DNA of 64,000 nucleotides, taken from contig CBDESM010000002.1 in assembly GCA_965242485.1 (NCBI GenBank), forward strand, positions 25,266-89,265, read 5' to 3'. Numbering within the stretch: the stretch's first letter is position 1; each line of letters begins with the position of its first letter. Positions 48,168 through 58,795 of the stretch are shown here, piece by piece. The notes beneath the pieces are model-generated. The model had not been told where the DNA came from. It was given only the letters and a program-made list of their open reading frames with translations, and did no database searches. Position numbers and translations under genes: made by a program. This stretch comes from Dehalococcoidia bacterium (lineage in GTDB: Bacteria > Chloroflexota > Dehalococcoidia > Bin125).

Positions 48168-49136
48168 CTAGAAGCCCGCCTGCTTGTCGACCAGGCCGAC
48201 CAACTCGCGTCCGGCGCGGTGCCGGCGCAGGTTCTCGCAGAAGCGGTCGAGGTTGCGGCCCGCGCGCAGCTGGCTGGCGCCGGCCGTGTGCGGCGTCATC
48301 GCCACGTCGTCGCGCTCGAAGATCGGGTGATCCGCCGGCAGCGGCTCGCCCTCGACCACGTCCAGCGCCGCGCCGCCCAGCGGCCCTTCCTCCAGCGCCC
48401 ACATCAGCGCGTCCAGCTCGATGATCTCGCCCCGCGTGACGTTCATGATCACCGAGCCCGGCTTCATCTTGGCGAACCGCTCGCGGTCGAACAGGTGCCG
48501 CGTCTCCGCCGTCAGCGGCGTGCAGACCGCGACCACGTCGGAGCGCCCGAGCAGATCGTCAAGCGATTCCATCCCCAGCACCATCGCCACGTGCTCCGTC
48601 GCCTTGACCGGCAGCGCGTCGACGGCGCGCACCTCCATCCCGAACCCGCGCGCCCGCTGCGCGATCTCCCGCCCCGTCCCGCCGAAGCCGACGATCCCCA
48701 TCGAAAGCCCCGAGAGCTCGAAGGCGGCGCGCCGCATCGGCACCCGCGAAGCCCAGGCCTCGCCCTTGAGCCGCAGCGCCGGCCCCAGTGAGCGCGCCAG
48801 CGCCAGCAGCAGCGCGAAGCCGTGGTCCGCCAGATGCGGCCCGACCAGCCCCTTCTCGCCAGTCAGCGGGATCTCCGAGTCCTTGAACGAATCGAACAGG
48901 TAGCCGTCGACGCCCGACGCGGTCGCGTGCACCCATTCCAGCTTCTCCGCCTCCGCGAACAGGTCCTCGGTCAGGTAGCCCAGCAGCACCTCGGCTTCGG
49001 GGATCTGCGCCATCGCCTCCTCGCGGTTCGAGGCCACGACCACCTCCGCGTCGGGTCCCGCCGCCTCGCGGATCTTGTCCAAGTCCGCCTCCGTCACCTC
49101 CGGCAACGTCAGCCCCGGCATCACCAGCACCCGCAT
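48168..49136 (-). CDS. D-isomer-specific 2-hydroxyacid dehydrogenase (NAD-binding)
   Basis: GIVGFGGTGREIA Rossmann motif, catalytic R/E/H pattern, 322 aa. Confidence 0.85.
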   Translation of the reverse strand: MRVLVMPGLTLPEVTEADLDKIREAAGPDAEVVVASNREEAMAQIPEAEVLLGYLTEDLFAEAEKLEWVHATASGVDGYLFDSFKDSEIPLTGEKGLVGPHLADHGFALLLALARSLGPALRLKGEAWASRVPMRRAAFELSGLSMGIVGFGGTGREIAQRARGFGMEVRAVDALPVKATEHVAMVLGMESLDDLLGRSDVVAVCTPLTAETRHLFDRERFAKMKPGSVIMNVTRGEIIELDALMWALEEGPLGGAALDVVEGEPLPADHPIFERDDVAMTPHTAGASQLRAGRNLDRFCENLRRHRAGRELVGLVDKQAGF

Positions 49137-49307
49137 GTCCCACCTCCAGTCCCGCGCAGGATACGCGCCGCATGCGCCGGTCCCTGAGCCTGCGCGATTG
49201 CTGAAATCAGCAGGTTGAAATCATTTATTGCACTAATAGAGGCAAACTGATATCCATTTTGCGAACGCACTGCGCCGCGCCGTCGCGGCGTTGATTGGAG
49301 ATGCCCC

Positions 49308-50468
49308 ATGCAGAGATTCGCAACAGCCGCGCTCGCGCTCGCGACGGCGTCGGTGCTGGCCGCCGTCGCCGCCTGCTCCAGCGACGACGCCCCCGACGTC
49401 TCCAAGGAAGACGTCGTCGCCCATTACGCCGTCGGCGTCCACGCCACCTACCAGGCCTCCCTCGCCTCGGCCGCCGACATGGCCGGCGCCATCGACGCCT
49501 TCCTCGCCAACCCCGCCCCGCACACCCTCGAAGCCGCGAAGCGCGCCTGGCTCACCGCCCGCGACGACTACGGCGTGACCGAGGCCTACCGCTTCTACGG
49601 CGGCCCCATCGACGACGAGGAAACCGGCCCCGAGGGCCAGCTCAACGCCTGGCCGATGGACGAGGCCTACGTCGATTACGTCGAGGGCGACCCCGACGCC
49701 GGCATCGTCAACATGGCCGGCGAGTACCCGCAGATCACCAAGCAGCTGCTCGCCGACCTCAACGAACAGGGCGGCGAAACCAACGTCTCGACCGGCTGGC
49801 ACGCGATCGAATTCCTGCTCTGGGGCCAGGACCTCAACGAGGACGGCCCCGGCGCCCGCCCGGTCGAGGACTACACGACCAACGCCAACGCCGACCGCCG
49901 CGCCGCGTATCTCGCCGCGGTGACCGAGCTGCTGCTCGACGATCTCGAGGACATGGTCGACGCCTGGGCGCCCGGCGGCGGCAACTACCGCGCCGACTTC
50001 CTCGCCATGGACGCCGACGAGGCGCTGGTCAACATCATCACCGGGATCGGCGAACTCTCCCGCGGCGAACTCGCCGGCGAACGCATGACCGTCGCCTACG
50101 ACGCCCGCTCGCAGGAGGACGAGCATTCCTGCTTCGCCGACAACACCACCAAGGACATCATCGCCAACGCCAAGGGCATCCAGAACGTCTGGACCGGCGA
50201 CTACGGGCTGGTCCAGGGCCCCGGCCTCGCAGACCTCGTCGCCGCCGAAGACGCCGAGCTGGCCGAGCTCGTCACCTCCCAGATCGCGCAGAGCGTCGCC
50301 AACGCCAACGCGATCCCCGCGCCCTTCGACGCCGCCCTGCTGCCGGGCATCGCGGACTCCGCCGGCAGCCGCCGCGCCGTCCTCGCCACGATCGAGTCGC
50401 TCTCCGATCAGACCGACAACATCGTCGCCGCCGCGGAAGCGCTCGGCGTCTCCATCAGCGTCAGTTAG
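49308..50468 (+). CDS. Imelysin-family lipoprotein (peptidase M75-like / EfeO-type)
   Basis: Lipobox (LAAVAAC), imelysin fold blocks and HxxE-type region (GWHAIEFLLWGQD). AT-rich promoter 49150-49300. Confidence 0.75.
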   Translation: MQRFATAALALATASVLAAVAACSSDDAPDVSKEDVVAHYAVGVHATYQASLASAADMAGAIDAFLANPAPHTLEAAKRAWLTARDDYGVTEAYRFYGGPIDDEETGPEGQLNAWPMDEAYVDYVEGDPDAGIVNMAGEYPQITKQLLADLNEQGGETNVSTGWHAIEFLLWGQDLNEDGPGARPVEDYTTNANADRRAAYLAAVTELLLDDLEDMVDAWAPGGGNYRADFLAMDADEALVNIITGIGELSRGELAGERMTVAYDARSQEDEHSCFADNTTKDIIANAKGIQNVWTGDYGLVQGPGLADLVAAEDAELAELVTSQIAQSVANANAIPAPFDAALLPGIADSAGSRRAVLATIESLSDQTDNIVAAAEALGVSISVS

Positions 50469-50563
50469 CAGCCGCTCGCCGGCTCTCTCCGCGGCCGCCC
50501 GCGCGCCCCCGCCGGGTCCCCCGGGATCCGGCGGGGGGGCGGCCGCTCCCCCACGCAGAACCC

Positions 50564-51943
50564 GTGAAACGCCGAACCGCCTTCGCCATCGCGGCCGCCT
50601 CGGCCGCCGCAGTGGCGCTCGCCGTCGCCTGCGGCGGCGGCGAGCCCTCCCCGAGCGACCTGCTCGAGCTCCGCTCCGGCGGCGACGGCACCGCCCACAC
50701 GGCCACCCGCAACGCCTTCGCCCTCCCGGCCCGCAACCTCGAAACCGACGAAGAGCGCCGCCGCTTCGCGATCGGCGACTCCTTCTTCACCTCCAACTGG
50801 GTCACCGCCGGCAACTCCACCGAGGCCCGCGACGGCCTCGGCCCCCTCTTCATCGCCCAATCCTGCTCCTCCTGCCACGGCCACGACGGACGCGCCCGCC
50901 CGCCGCTCGACAACGACGACCCCGTCCGCGGCCTCGTCGTCCAGATCAGCCTGCCGACCAAGCTCGGCGACGCGCCGATTCCCGACCCCGCCTACGGCGG
51001 CAGCATCCAGGACCGCGCCATCCTCGGCGTCCCGCCCGAGGCCGAAATCCACGTCGAATGGAAGGCCGCAGCCGGCGAGTACGCCGACGGGACTCCCTAC
51101 GAGCTGGTCGAGCCCGTCTTCACCATCGCCGAACCCGCCTACGGCGCGCTCCACCCCGAACTGCGGATCGGTCCCCGCATCGCTCCGCCCGTCTTCGGCG
51201 CGGGCCTGCTCGAAGCGATCCCCCTCGAACGCCTGCAAGAGCTCGCCGACCCGGACGATGCCGACGGCGACGGCATCTCCGGCCGCATCAACATCCTGCC
51301 CGGCGGCGAGGCCGGCCGCTTCGGCTGGAAGGCCAACCAGCCCGCGACCGACGCACAGGTCGCATCCGCCTTCCACGGCGACATCGGCATCACCAGCCCG
51401 CTCCGGCCGGACGCCACCTGCACCCCCGCACAAGCCGCCTGCCTCGCCGCGCCCGACGGCGGCGACCCCGAAATCCCCGCCGATCTCTTCGACGACGTCG
51501 TCTTCTACGTCCAAACCCTCGCCGTCCCCGCCGCGCGCGATTACCCGGAGCGCGAGCGCGGCGCGGAACTCTTCTTCGCCGCCGGCTGCCAGCAGTGCCA
51601 CGCCCCCCGCCACCGCACCGGCGAACACGCCGTCCCCGCCCTCTCCAACCAGCTGATCTTCCCCTACACCGACCTGCTGCTCCACGACATGGGGCCCGGC
51701 CTGGCCGACGGCCGCCCGCACTTCCAAGCCTCCGGCTCGGAATGGCGCACCCCGCCGCTCTGGGGCATCGGCCTCACCGAAACCGTCAACGGCCACACCC
51801 GCTTCCTCCACGACGGCCGCGCCCGCAACCTCGCCGAGGCCATCCTCTGGCACGGCGGCGAAGCCGAAGCAGCGAAGGAGAGTTTCCGAGCCATGTCCAG
51901 CGAAGACCGAGCCGCCCTGATCAAGTTCCTAGAGTCGCTCTGA
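50564..51943 (+). CDS. Di-haem cytochrome c peroxidase-like oxidoreductase (DUF1111 family)
   Basis: Two CxxCH haem motifs (CSSCH, CQQCH), a lipoprotein-like N-terminus, and classic pairing with imelysin genes. GTG start at 50564 is tentative. Confidence 0.75.
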   Translation: MKRRTAFAIAAASAAAVALAVACGGGEPSPSDLLELRSGGDGTAHTATRNAFALPARNLETDEERRRFAIGDSFFTSNWVTAGNSTEARDGLGPLFIAQSCSSCHGHDGRARPPLDNDDPVRGLVVQISLPTKLGDAPIPDPAYGGSIQDRAILGVPPEAEIHVEWKAAAGEYADGTPYELVEPVFTIAEPAYGALHPELRIGPRIAPPVFGAGLLEAIPLERLQELADPDDADGDGISGRINILPGGEAGRFGWKANQPATDAQVASAFHGDIGITSPLRPDATCTPAQAACLAAPDGGDPEIPADLFDDVVFYVQTLAVPAARDYPERERGAELFFAAGCQQCHAPRHRTGEHAVPALSNQLIFPYTDLLLHDMGPGLADGRPHFQASGSEWRTPPLWGIGLTETVNGHTRFLHDGRARNLAEAILWHGGEAEAAKESFRAMSSEDRAALIKFLESL

Positions 51944-52983
51944 TGCTCAAATACGCCGCTTTCCCCGCCCTCGTCCTGGCTCTCGCGCTCGCCGCGGCCG
52001 CATGCAGCGGACCGCCCGAACGCCGCGACATCCTCGCCAACCTCGCCGACTTCGTCTTCCTCCCGGTCTTCGAGGAGGCCGCCGACAGCGCCGCCGAACT
52101 CGCACGGGCGGTCGAGACCTACGCCGCTGATCCGACGCCGGGCCGGCTCGACAACGCCCGCGGACGCTACGCCGTCGCGCGCAGCGGCTGGGCCGCCACC
52201 GCCGCCTTCCGCTTCGGCCCGGCCATGGACCGCCGCTCCGAATCGCAGATCGATTGGTGGCCGATCGACCCCGCCGCCATCGCCGCAGCAGCCGCGGCCG
52301 GCGCGGGCGTCGAAGACATCCGCGAACGCCAGTCAGCCGCCACCCGCGGCTTCCATGCCCTCGAATCTCTGCTCTGGAACGACGATCTCGGCGACGACCG
52401 CGCTGCCCGGACCTACGCGGCCCACCTCGCCCGCATCATTGCCGACGAAACTGCCGCCATCCGCGACGAATGGACCGGGGCCGGCCGCGACTTCGCTTAC
52501 GCCGATGCCCTCGCCGGACGCGGCGGCACCGCCATCTCTGCCGCCCTCGCGCTCGCCGACGTCGTCCGCACCAGCATCTTCCTCACCGAAACCGTCGGCG
52601 ACATGCAGCTCGGCAAGGCGCTCGGCATCACTGGCGACCGCGACCCGGAGGCGATCCCCGGCCTCGGCCCCTCCAGCGGCGACGACCTCCGCCAGATCGT
52701 GCGCGGCATCCGCGCCTCCTTCCTCGGCGTCGGCGACCATCTCGCCGTCGGCACCCTCGTCAACGATCTGGACGACGATGCCTACGACCGCATGCAGGCC
52801 GCGCTCGACGCCGCCGTGGCCGCGGTGGACGCCCTGCCCGCCGACATCAAGGCCGATGCGGACGAACGCGCCCTCGCCGCCGCCCGCGACGCGATCAAGC
52901 AGGTCCAGATTCTCTACGCCACCGAGGTCGTCTCCCTGCTCGGCATCTCCGTCGGCTTCTCCGACAACGACGGAGATTCCTGA
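51944..52983 (+). CDS. Imelysin-like lipoprotein, second copy
   Basis: ATG overlaps the previous stop (TGATG). Lipobox (AAAACSG). The imelysin-type HALESLLWNDD block is present. Confidence 0.7.
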
Positions 52984-52990
52984 GCCGCGC

Positions 52991-54434
52991 CGTGACCGCC
53001 CGCGTCCCCGCGCTCGCGGCGCATGCGATCCCGCGCCCGCGGCCTTGGCGCGCAGTCGACGCCGCCGCCGCGCGCGCCGCCCGTCCCGTCGACGGCGCAT
53101 CCGCCGCCGTCTTCCGCATCGCCTTCGGCGCAATCGGTCTCGCCGCCGTCATCCGCTTCTTCGCCTACGGCTGGATCGACCAGCTCTACGCCGCCCCCGC
53201 CCACCACTTCAAGTACATCGGCTTCGAGTGGGTCGCCGCCTGGCCCGCCCCTTGGATGCACCTCCACTTCGCCGCCCTCGGGCTCCTCGCCGTCGCCGTC
53301 ATCCTCGGCGTCCGTTCCCGCGCCGCCGTGCTCCTCTTCACCATCGGCTTCACCTACGTCGAACTGATCGACAAGACGACCTACCTCAACCACTACTACT
53401 GGCTCTCCCTCGCCGGCCTCCTCCTCGCCGCCCTGCCCGTCCACCGCGCCTGGACGCTCGACGCCCGCCGCAACCCGCGCCCGGGCGACGGGCAAGTCCC
53501 CGTCGGCGCGATCTGGCTGCTCCGCGCGCAGGTCGCCGCGCTCTACCTCTTCGCCGGCATCGCCAAGCTCAACCCCGACTGGCTACTCCACGCCCAGCCC
53601 CTCGCGATCTGGCTCCCGCACCACGCCGACGCCCCGCTCGTCGGCCCGCTCATGACCCAGCCTTGGCTGCCCTACGCGATGAGCTGGGCCGGTGCGGCCT
53701 TCGACTGCACCATCGCCCTCTGGCTCCTGATCCCCCGCACCCGCGCCTTCGCTTGGATCGTCCTCGCCGTCTTTCACCTGATCACCGGGCTGCTCTTCCC
53801 GATCGGCGTCTTCCCCGCCCTCATGGCCGCCGCCGCCCTCATCTTCTTCAAGCCCGATTGGCCCCGTCGCGCCCTCGACCGCATCCGCCGGGCTCGAAAG
53901 GCCGAACCGTTACTGGAAAGCACTGAAATAATTTCGCAGTACGGCTCCAAAACGCCCGAGTCATCCGCCCGCGCCGCTTTGATGGCCCGCGCCGCCGTGA
54001 TCGTCGTTGTCCTGATCGCCCTCGTCCAGATTGCCGTGCCGCTCCGCCACCACCTCTATCCCGGCAATGTCCGCTGGAACGAAGAGGCCTACCGCTTCTC
54101 TTGGCGCGTCCTCCTCACTGAAAAAGCCGGCCACCTCGAGTACCGCGTCGCCGACCCGGCGACGGGATTGAACCTGCTCGTGCACCCAAGCGACCACTTC
54201 ACTCCCCTCCAAGTCGAGCGCATGGCCCACCAGCCCGACATGATCCAGCAAGGCGCGAAGATCATCCGCGACCACTACCGCGGCCTCGGCCACCTAAATC
54301 CCCAAGTCCGCGCCGATGCCCACATCGCCTGGAACGGCCGCCCCGCCGCCCGCCTGATCGACCCCGACATCGACCTCGCCGCCGAGCCGGCGACGATCCT
54401 GCCGAAGCCGTGGCTGCTGCCTGCGCCCGACTGA
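52991..54434 (+). CDS. HTTM-domain (vitamin K-dependent gamma-carboxylase-like) polytopic membrane protein
   Basis: Multiple TM helices with the HTTM pattern (AVFRIAFGAIGL..., WxxxxFxxxLLxxxP). It lies downstream in the imelysin operon. GTG start tentative. Confidence 0.65.
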
Positions 54435-54508
54435 GCGCGACGCACCTCTATCCTCAATCACGGCGGCGCCGCCACAAGCAGCCGCCCAACGGGAAAAGAG
54501 AACGAAAA

Positions 54509-55432
54509 ATGGAATTCGGCGCGCAAGTCACCGCCTACCGCACCTCTTGGGATGACATCAACGCCGTCGTCCAGCGGATGGACAAGGGCGGCTGGAATTC
54601 CGTCTGGTTCGCCGACCACTTCGTCCCGCCCAATAGGCCCCGCGCGATGGAGCCCGAACCCGCCTACGAGGCCTTCACTCTCGCGGCCGCCGTCGCCGCC
54701 GTCACCGAAACCCTCCAAATCGGCCATCTCGTGCTCGGCAACACCTACCGCAATCCCGCCCTCGCCGCCAAAATGTCGGGCGTCGTCGACCATGTCTCGC
54801 ACGGACGCTTCACGCTCGGCATCGGCGCCAGCTGGTTCAAGCGCGAACATGAGGCCTACGGCTGGGACTTCCCCCCGATGAAGGAGCGCCAAGACCGCTT
54901 TCAAGAGGCGATGCAGATGATCCGCCGCCTCTTCCACGCCGGCGGCGAACCCATCAGCCACGAGGGCGAGTACTACAGCCTCGACGAGGCCCCCTTCTCG
55001 CCCGGCTGCTACGACGCCCCCATCCCCATCCTCGTCGGCGGCACCGGCCCCAAGCGCACCCTCAAAACCCTCGCCATGTACGGCGACATCATGAACCTCG
55101 ACGGCTGGGCCGGCCGCGGCATCAGCGTCGAGCTGCTCAAGGAAAAGACCGACATCCTCGAACAGCACTGCGAAGCCGTCGGCCGCGACTACTCCGAAAT
55201 CAAGATCACCTGCCTCGTCCCCACCCGCCTCACCGACAACCAGGAACAAGCCAACCGCTTCATCGAGGCCATCGGCCCCAATTCCGTAGCCGGCAACGCC
55301 GACTACATCGTCCAGCGGCTCGGCGAACTCGAGCAGGCCGGCGTCTCCGAAGTGATGCACGGGCTGCTCTACAACAACCCCGATCATTTCCAGCAACTCG
55401 AAGAAGACGTCCACCGGCAGCTCGCCGGCTGA
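54509..55432 (+). CDS. LLM-class F420-dependent oxidoreductase (second copy)
   Basis: LLM TIM-barrel signatures (FADHFVPP..., GGTGPKRTLK). Start at Met 54509 (MEFGAQV). Confidence 0.8.
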   Translation: MEFGAQVTAYRTSWDDINAVVQRMDKGGWNSVWFADHFVPPNRPRAMEPEPAYEAFTLAAAVAAVTETLQIGHLVLGNTYRNPALAAKMSGVVDHVSHGRFTLGIGASWFKREHEAYGWDFPPMKERQDRFQEAMQMIRRLFHAGGEPISHEGEYYSLDEAPFSPGCYDAPIPILVGGTGPKRTLKTLAMYGDIMNLDGWAGRGISVELLKEKTDILEQHCEAVGRDYSEIKITCLVPTRLTDNQEQANRFIEAIGPNSVAGNADYIVQRLGELEQAGVSEVMHGLLYNNPDHFQQLEEDVHRQLAG

Positions 55433-55461
55433 GGCGAGCGCACCGCGAAGGGATTCCGCAC

Positions 55462-56463
55462 ATGAAGTACCGCAACATGGGGCGCACGGGACTGCGCGTT
55501 TCCGAAATCTGCCTGGGCACGATGACCTTCGGATTCCAGACCGAACGGCCGGAGGCGTTCGCGATCATGGACATCGCCTTCGAGCGCGGCGTCAACTTCC
55601 TCGATACCGCCGACGTCTACCCGCTCGGCACCTCCGATGTCGGCAAGACCGAGGAGATCGTCGGCGAGTGGCTGCAGGGCAAGCCGCGCGACCAGATCAT
55701 TCTCGCCACCAAGTGCGTCGGCCCGACCTCGCGCGACCCCAACCACCGCGGCGCGTCCCGCCAGCACATCCTCGACGCCGTCGACGCCTCCCTCAAACGG
55801 CTCGGCACCGACCATATCGACCTCTACCAGCTGCACGGCCCGACGCCGCAGACGCCGATCGACGAGACGCTCAAGGCGCTCGACGATCTCCAGCGCTGGG
55901 GCAAGATCCGCTATGCCGGCACGTCCAACTACCGCGCTTGGCAGCTTGCGCTCGCGCTCGGCGAGAGCGACCGCGGCAATCTGATCCGCTTCGATTGCGA
56001 CCAGCCCAGGTACAACATCCTCTGGCGCGATATCGAAGCCGACCTACTCCCCCTCTGCCAAGACCAAGGCGTCGGCATCATCGCCTACAACCCGCTCGCC
56101 GGCGGCTTCCTGACCGGCAAGTACCAAAATACCGAAGACCTGCAGGAAGGCACCCGCTTCAAACTCGGCAACGCCGCCCAACGCTACCAGGCCCGCTACT
56201 GGCACGAAGCCCAGTTTGACCAAGTCAGCATCCTCGCCGATCACTTCAGCGCCAAAGGCCAAAGCCTCACCCACGCCGCCATCCAATGGGTCCTCGCCCA
56301 ACCCGGCATCACCAGCGCCATCGTAGGTGCCAGCAAGCCGGGCCAAATCGAAGACTCGCTCAACTACGAGCAAGTCCAACTCACCGAAGACGACCTCGAA
56401 GCCTGCGAAACCCCGTGGTACAACATCCCCAGGCCGAGCGACCCCGAAGTAGCGCTGCGCTGA
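55462..56463 (+). CDS. Aldo/keto reductase (second copy)
   Basis: AKR motifs (FLDTADVYP, GTSNYRAWQ, IVGASKPGQIED). Confidence 0.85.
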   Translation: MKYRNMGRTGLRVSEICLGTMTFGFQTERPEAFAIMDIAFERGVNFLDTADVYPLGTSDVGKTEEIVGEWLQGKPRDQIILATKCVGPTSRDPNHRGASRQHILDAVDASLKRLGTDHIDLYQLHGPTPQTPIDETLKALDDLQRWGKIRYAGTSNYRAWQLALALGESDRGNLIRFDCDQPRYNILWRDIEADLLPLCQDQGVGIIAYNPLAGGFLTGKYQNTEDLQEGTRFKLGNAAQRYQARYWHEAQFDQVSILADHFSAKGQSLTHAAIQWVLAQPGITSAIVGASKPGQIEDSLNYEQVQLTEDDLEACETPWYNIPRPSDPEVALR

Positions 56464-56790
56464 GGCGGACGGAATGGCGATTTCCGATCATCAACGCGCC
56501 GACCTCTAGGTGCGGGCGTGCTGATAAAACCCCTGCCTCGCCGCCGAATCAGCCAAGGACCTTCCGTTCAAGCAGATTTTAGGTCTTGGACGACGATGCG
56601 GAAGACTAGACGAACGCATCAACGATCATGTACGCGATCTGCGAGATCGTGAGCGCTGCAAGCCACCAGATCCGCCAATCCGTCCACCAACTCGTGCTTG
56701 AGACCATGTAAGACGAGGCATCCACCTCCACATCGCGCCGCCGAATGCGGATTCGCCAGCCCGACTCCGTCTCTCGTCGCCAGCCCGCCA

Positions 56791-57042
56791 TCAGACCCAC
56801 AACACTTCTACGTTGTGGCCCGTGCCGTCCTCGTACTCGATCTGCGCGAACCCGGTCTTGTCGACTCGGATCACGTGCGCCGGCACCTCAACCCCGTCCT
56901 CGCCCAGCATTCGCCGACCCTGATCTGAAGGAACCCGGTATGTCAGCCGGAACGCCTTGCCGCGCTTTTCCTTCGCCACCTCGATCTCGGTGATGTGCTT
57001 GATGCACCGGCTCGGCCGGGCATCCGTCTCTGCAAGTGCCAT
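56791..57042 (-). CDS. Small hypothetical protein (83 aa)
   Basis: Clean non-biased ORF (MALAETDARPSRCIKHITEIEVAKEKRGKAF...) in a locally lower-GC stretch. No domain recognised. Confidence 0.3.
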   Translation of the reverse strand: MALAETDARPSRCIKHITEIEVAKEKRGKAFRLTYRVPSDQGRRMLGEDGVEVPAHVIRVDKTGFAQIEYEDGTGHNVEVLWV

Positions 57043-57140
57043 GTCGTCCTCCCCTTGCTAGGCACATCCTAGCGCTTTGCGTTGTCGGCAGGCTAGCCTG
57101 TGGGCGACGCGACCATCGCGTCCTGGACAGGAGATTCCGC

Positions 57141-58235
57141 ATGCGCGCCGCCGTTCTCGATGCTCCGAACACGCCAATGACGATCCGCGAGCTGGTGCAG
57201 GATGAGCCGGGCTTCGGCGAAGTCCGCGTGCGGATGGGGGCCGCGGGCATCTGCGCCTCCGACCATCACGTGATCCAGGGCACCGCGCCGTTCCCGCTGC
57301 CTTCCGTGCTCGGGCACGAGGGGGCCGGCACGATCGAAGCGGTCGGCGAGGGGGTCACCAACGTCGAACCCGGCGACCGCTGCATCCTTTCCTTCGTCAC
57401 GCCGTGCGGGCAGTGCGCGACCTGCCGGCGCGGCACGCCACAGCTGTGCGACGCGCACCAAGCGACCGGCTCGCGGCTGCTCGACGGATCGGTCAAGCTG
57501 CACGACGAGAACGGGGCCGAGGTGTTCCAAATGGGCAAGCTCGGAGTCTTCGGCGAGTACGTCGTCACGGACCAGCGCGCCTGCCATCCGATTCCCGACG
57601 ATGTTCCCATCGAGGTCGCGGGCCTGATCGGCTGCTCCGTCACCACCGGCGTCGGCGCGGTGATCAATCAGCCGACCGCCCGCGCCGGCATGACCGTCGC
57701 CGTGATCGGCTGCGGCGGGGTCGGTCTCAACGCGATCCAAGGGGCGGCGCTGCTAAACGCCTCCAAGATCATCGCGGTCGACGTCCACGATCACAAGCTC
57801 GATTTCGCGACCAAGTTCGGCGCGACCGATACCGTCAACGCACGCAACATCGACCCCATCGCCGCAGTCCGCGAGCTGACCGGAGGCGGTGCCGACTTCA
57901 CCTTCGATACCTTCGGCTCCGCCGAAACCAGCAGCCAGGCCATCGAAGCCGCCGGCAAGGGCGGCACCGCCGTCATCGTCGGCCTCGCCCCCGTCGAAGC
58001 CCGCGGCCACATCGACCTCGTCGACATGGTCCGCAAGCAGAAAACCGTCACCGGCAGCTACTACGGCAGCGCCAGCCCCCACCAAACTTTCAACACCCTG
58101 GTCGACATGTACCGCAACGGCCGCATCGAAGTCGACAGCATCATCCAGCGCCGCTACGCCCTCAACCAGATCAACGAGGCCTTCCGAGACCTAGAAGCCG
58201 GCAAGGACGGCCGCGGCGTCATCGTCTATGACTGA
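57141..58235 (+). CDS. Zn-dependent alcohol dehydrogenase (MDR family, class III-like)
   Basis: GHEGAG, Cys cluster CGQCATCRRG for structural Zn, and Rossmann VIGCGGVGL. GGAG RBS then Met 57141. Confidence 0.85.
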   Translation: MRAAVLDAPNTPMTIRELVQDEPGFGEVRVRMGAAGICASDHHVIQGTAPFPLPSVLGHEGAGTIEAVGEGVTNVEPGDRCILSFVTPCGQCATCRRGTPQLCDAHQATGSRLLDGSVKLHDENGAEVFQMGKLGVFGEYVVTDQRACHPIPDDVPIEVAGLIGCSVTTGVGAVINQPTARAGMTVAVIGCGGVGLNAIQGAALLNASKIIAVDVHDHKLDFATKFGATDTVNARNIDPIAAVRELTGGGADFTFDTFGSAETSSQAIEAAGKGGTAVIVGLAPVEARGHIDLVDMVRKQKTVTGSYYGSASPHQTFNTLVDMYRNGRIEVDSIIQRRYALNQINEAFRDLEAGKDGRGVIVYD

Positions 58236-58795
58236 GCGCCGAAGATTTCGGCCATCACTGCTTCGGCCTGCACCACATCGCCGCCCCAACGCGCCATCCA
58301 TTGCGGTGAATCGCCCACGCGCACATCGAGCCACAGGGGCTCTACCGCTCCCGCGCCGCCATGTTGGCCGGATACGCCATCAGGTCTCGCCATTAGAATT
58401 TGCTTCGGGATGATCCAGATCGCCACGTCCTCAAGGCGAGGAGCGAGTCCGATGCAGATCATGATCTCGTAGTTTTGATCACGAATTTGTTGGAACTTGA
58501 ATCGGCCATTCGCCCATAGGGTCGAGAGTTTGATTTCGACTCGACGGCCCTCAATCAGCCGGTCAGCTTCACTGTCACCGGCAGGCTCGACTGTGTACCC
58601 GAGCGCTTCGCACCAGTCCGCGATGAGATTTTCGCCAGTCGCACCTCTTGCCCGTGACGGCAATTGTCTGAGCCATCCAAACGGACTCTGATCCCATTCG
58701 CGATCTTCCTGGGAACGCGAGGCCTCAAGATTGGACGAAATCTCAGCGAGCAGATTGAGCAATTCGTCGCGCCGTTGATCTGAGTCCGGCATCAT
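58226..58795 (-). CDS. Putative Type II restriction endonuclease (PD-(D/E)XK-like), partner of the adjacent MTase
   Basis: 189 aa. Start overlaps the MTase stop by 4 nt. Candidate catalytic motif D-x13-E-x-K (AGDSEADRLIEGRRVEIK). GC ~57%, well below the genome background. Confidence 0.55.
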   Translation of the reverse strand: MMPDSDQRRDELLNLLAEISSNLEASRSQEDREWDQSPFGWLRQLPSRARGATGENLIADWCEALGYTVEPAGDSEADRLIEGRRVEIKLSTLWANGRFKFQQIRDQNYEIMICIGLAPRLEDVAIWIIPKQILMARPDGVSGQHGGAGAVEPLWLDVRVGDSPQWMARWGGDVVQAEAVMAEIFGAQS

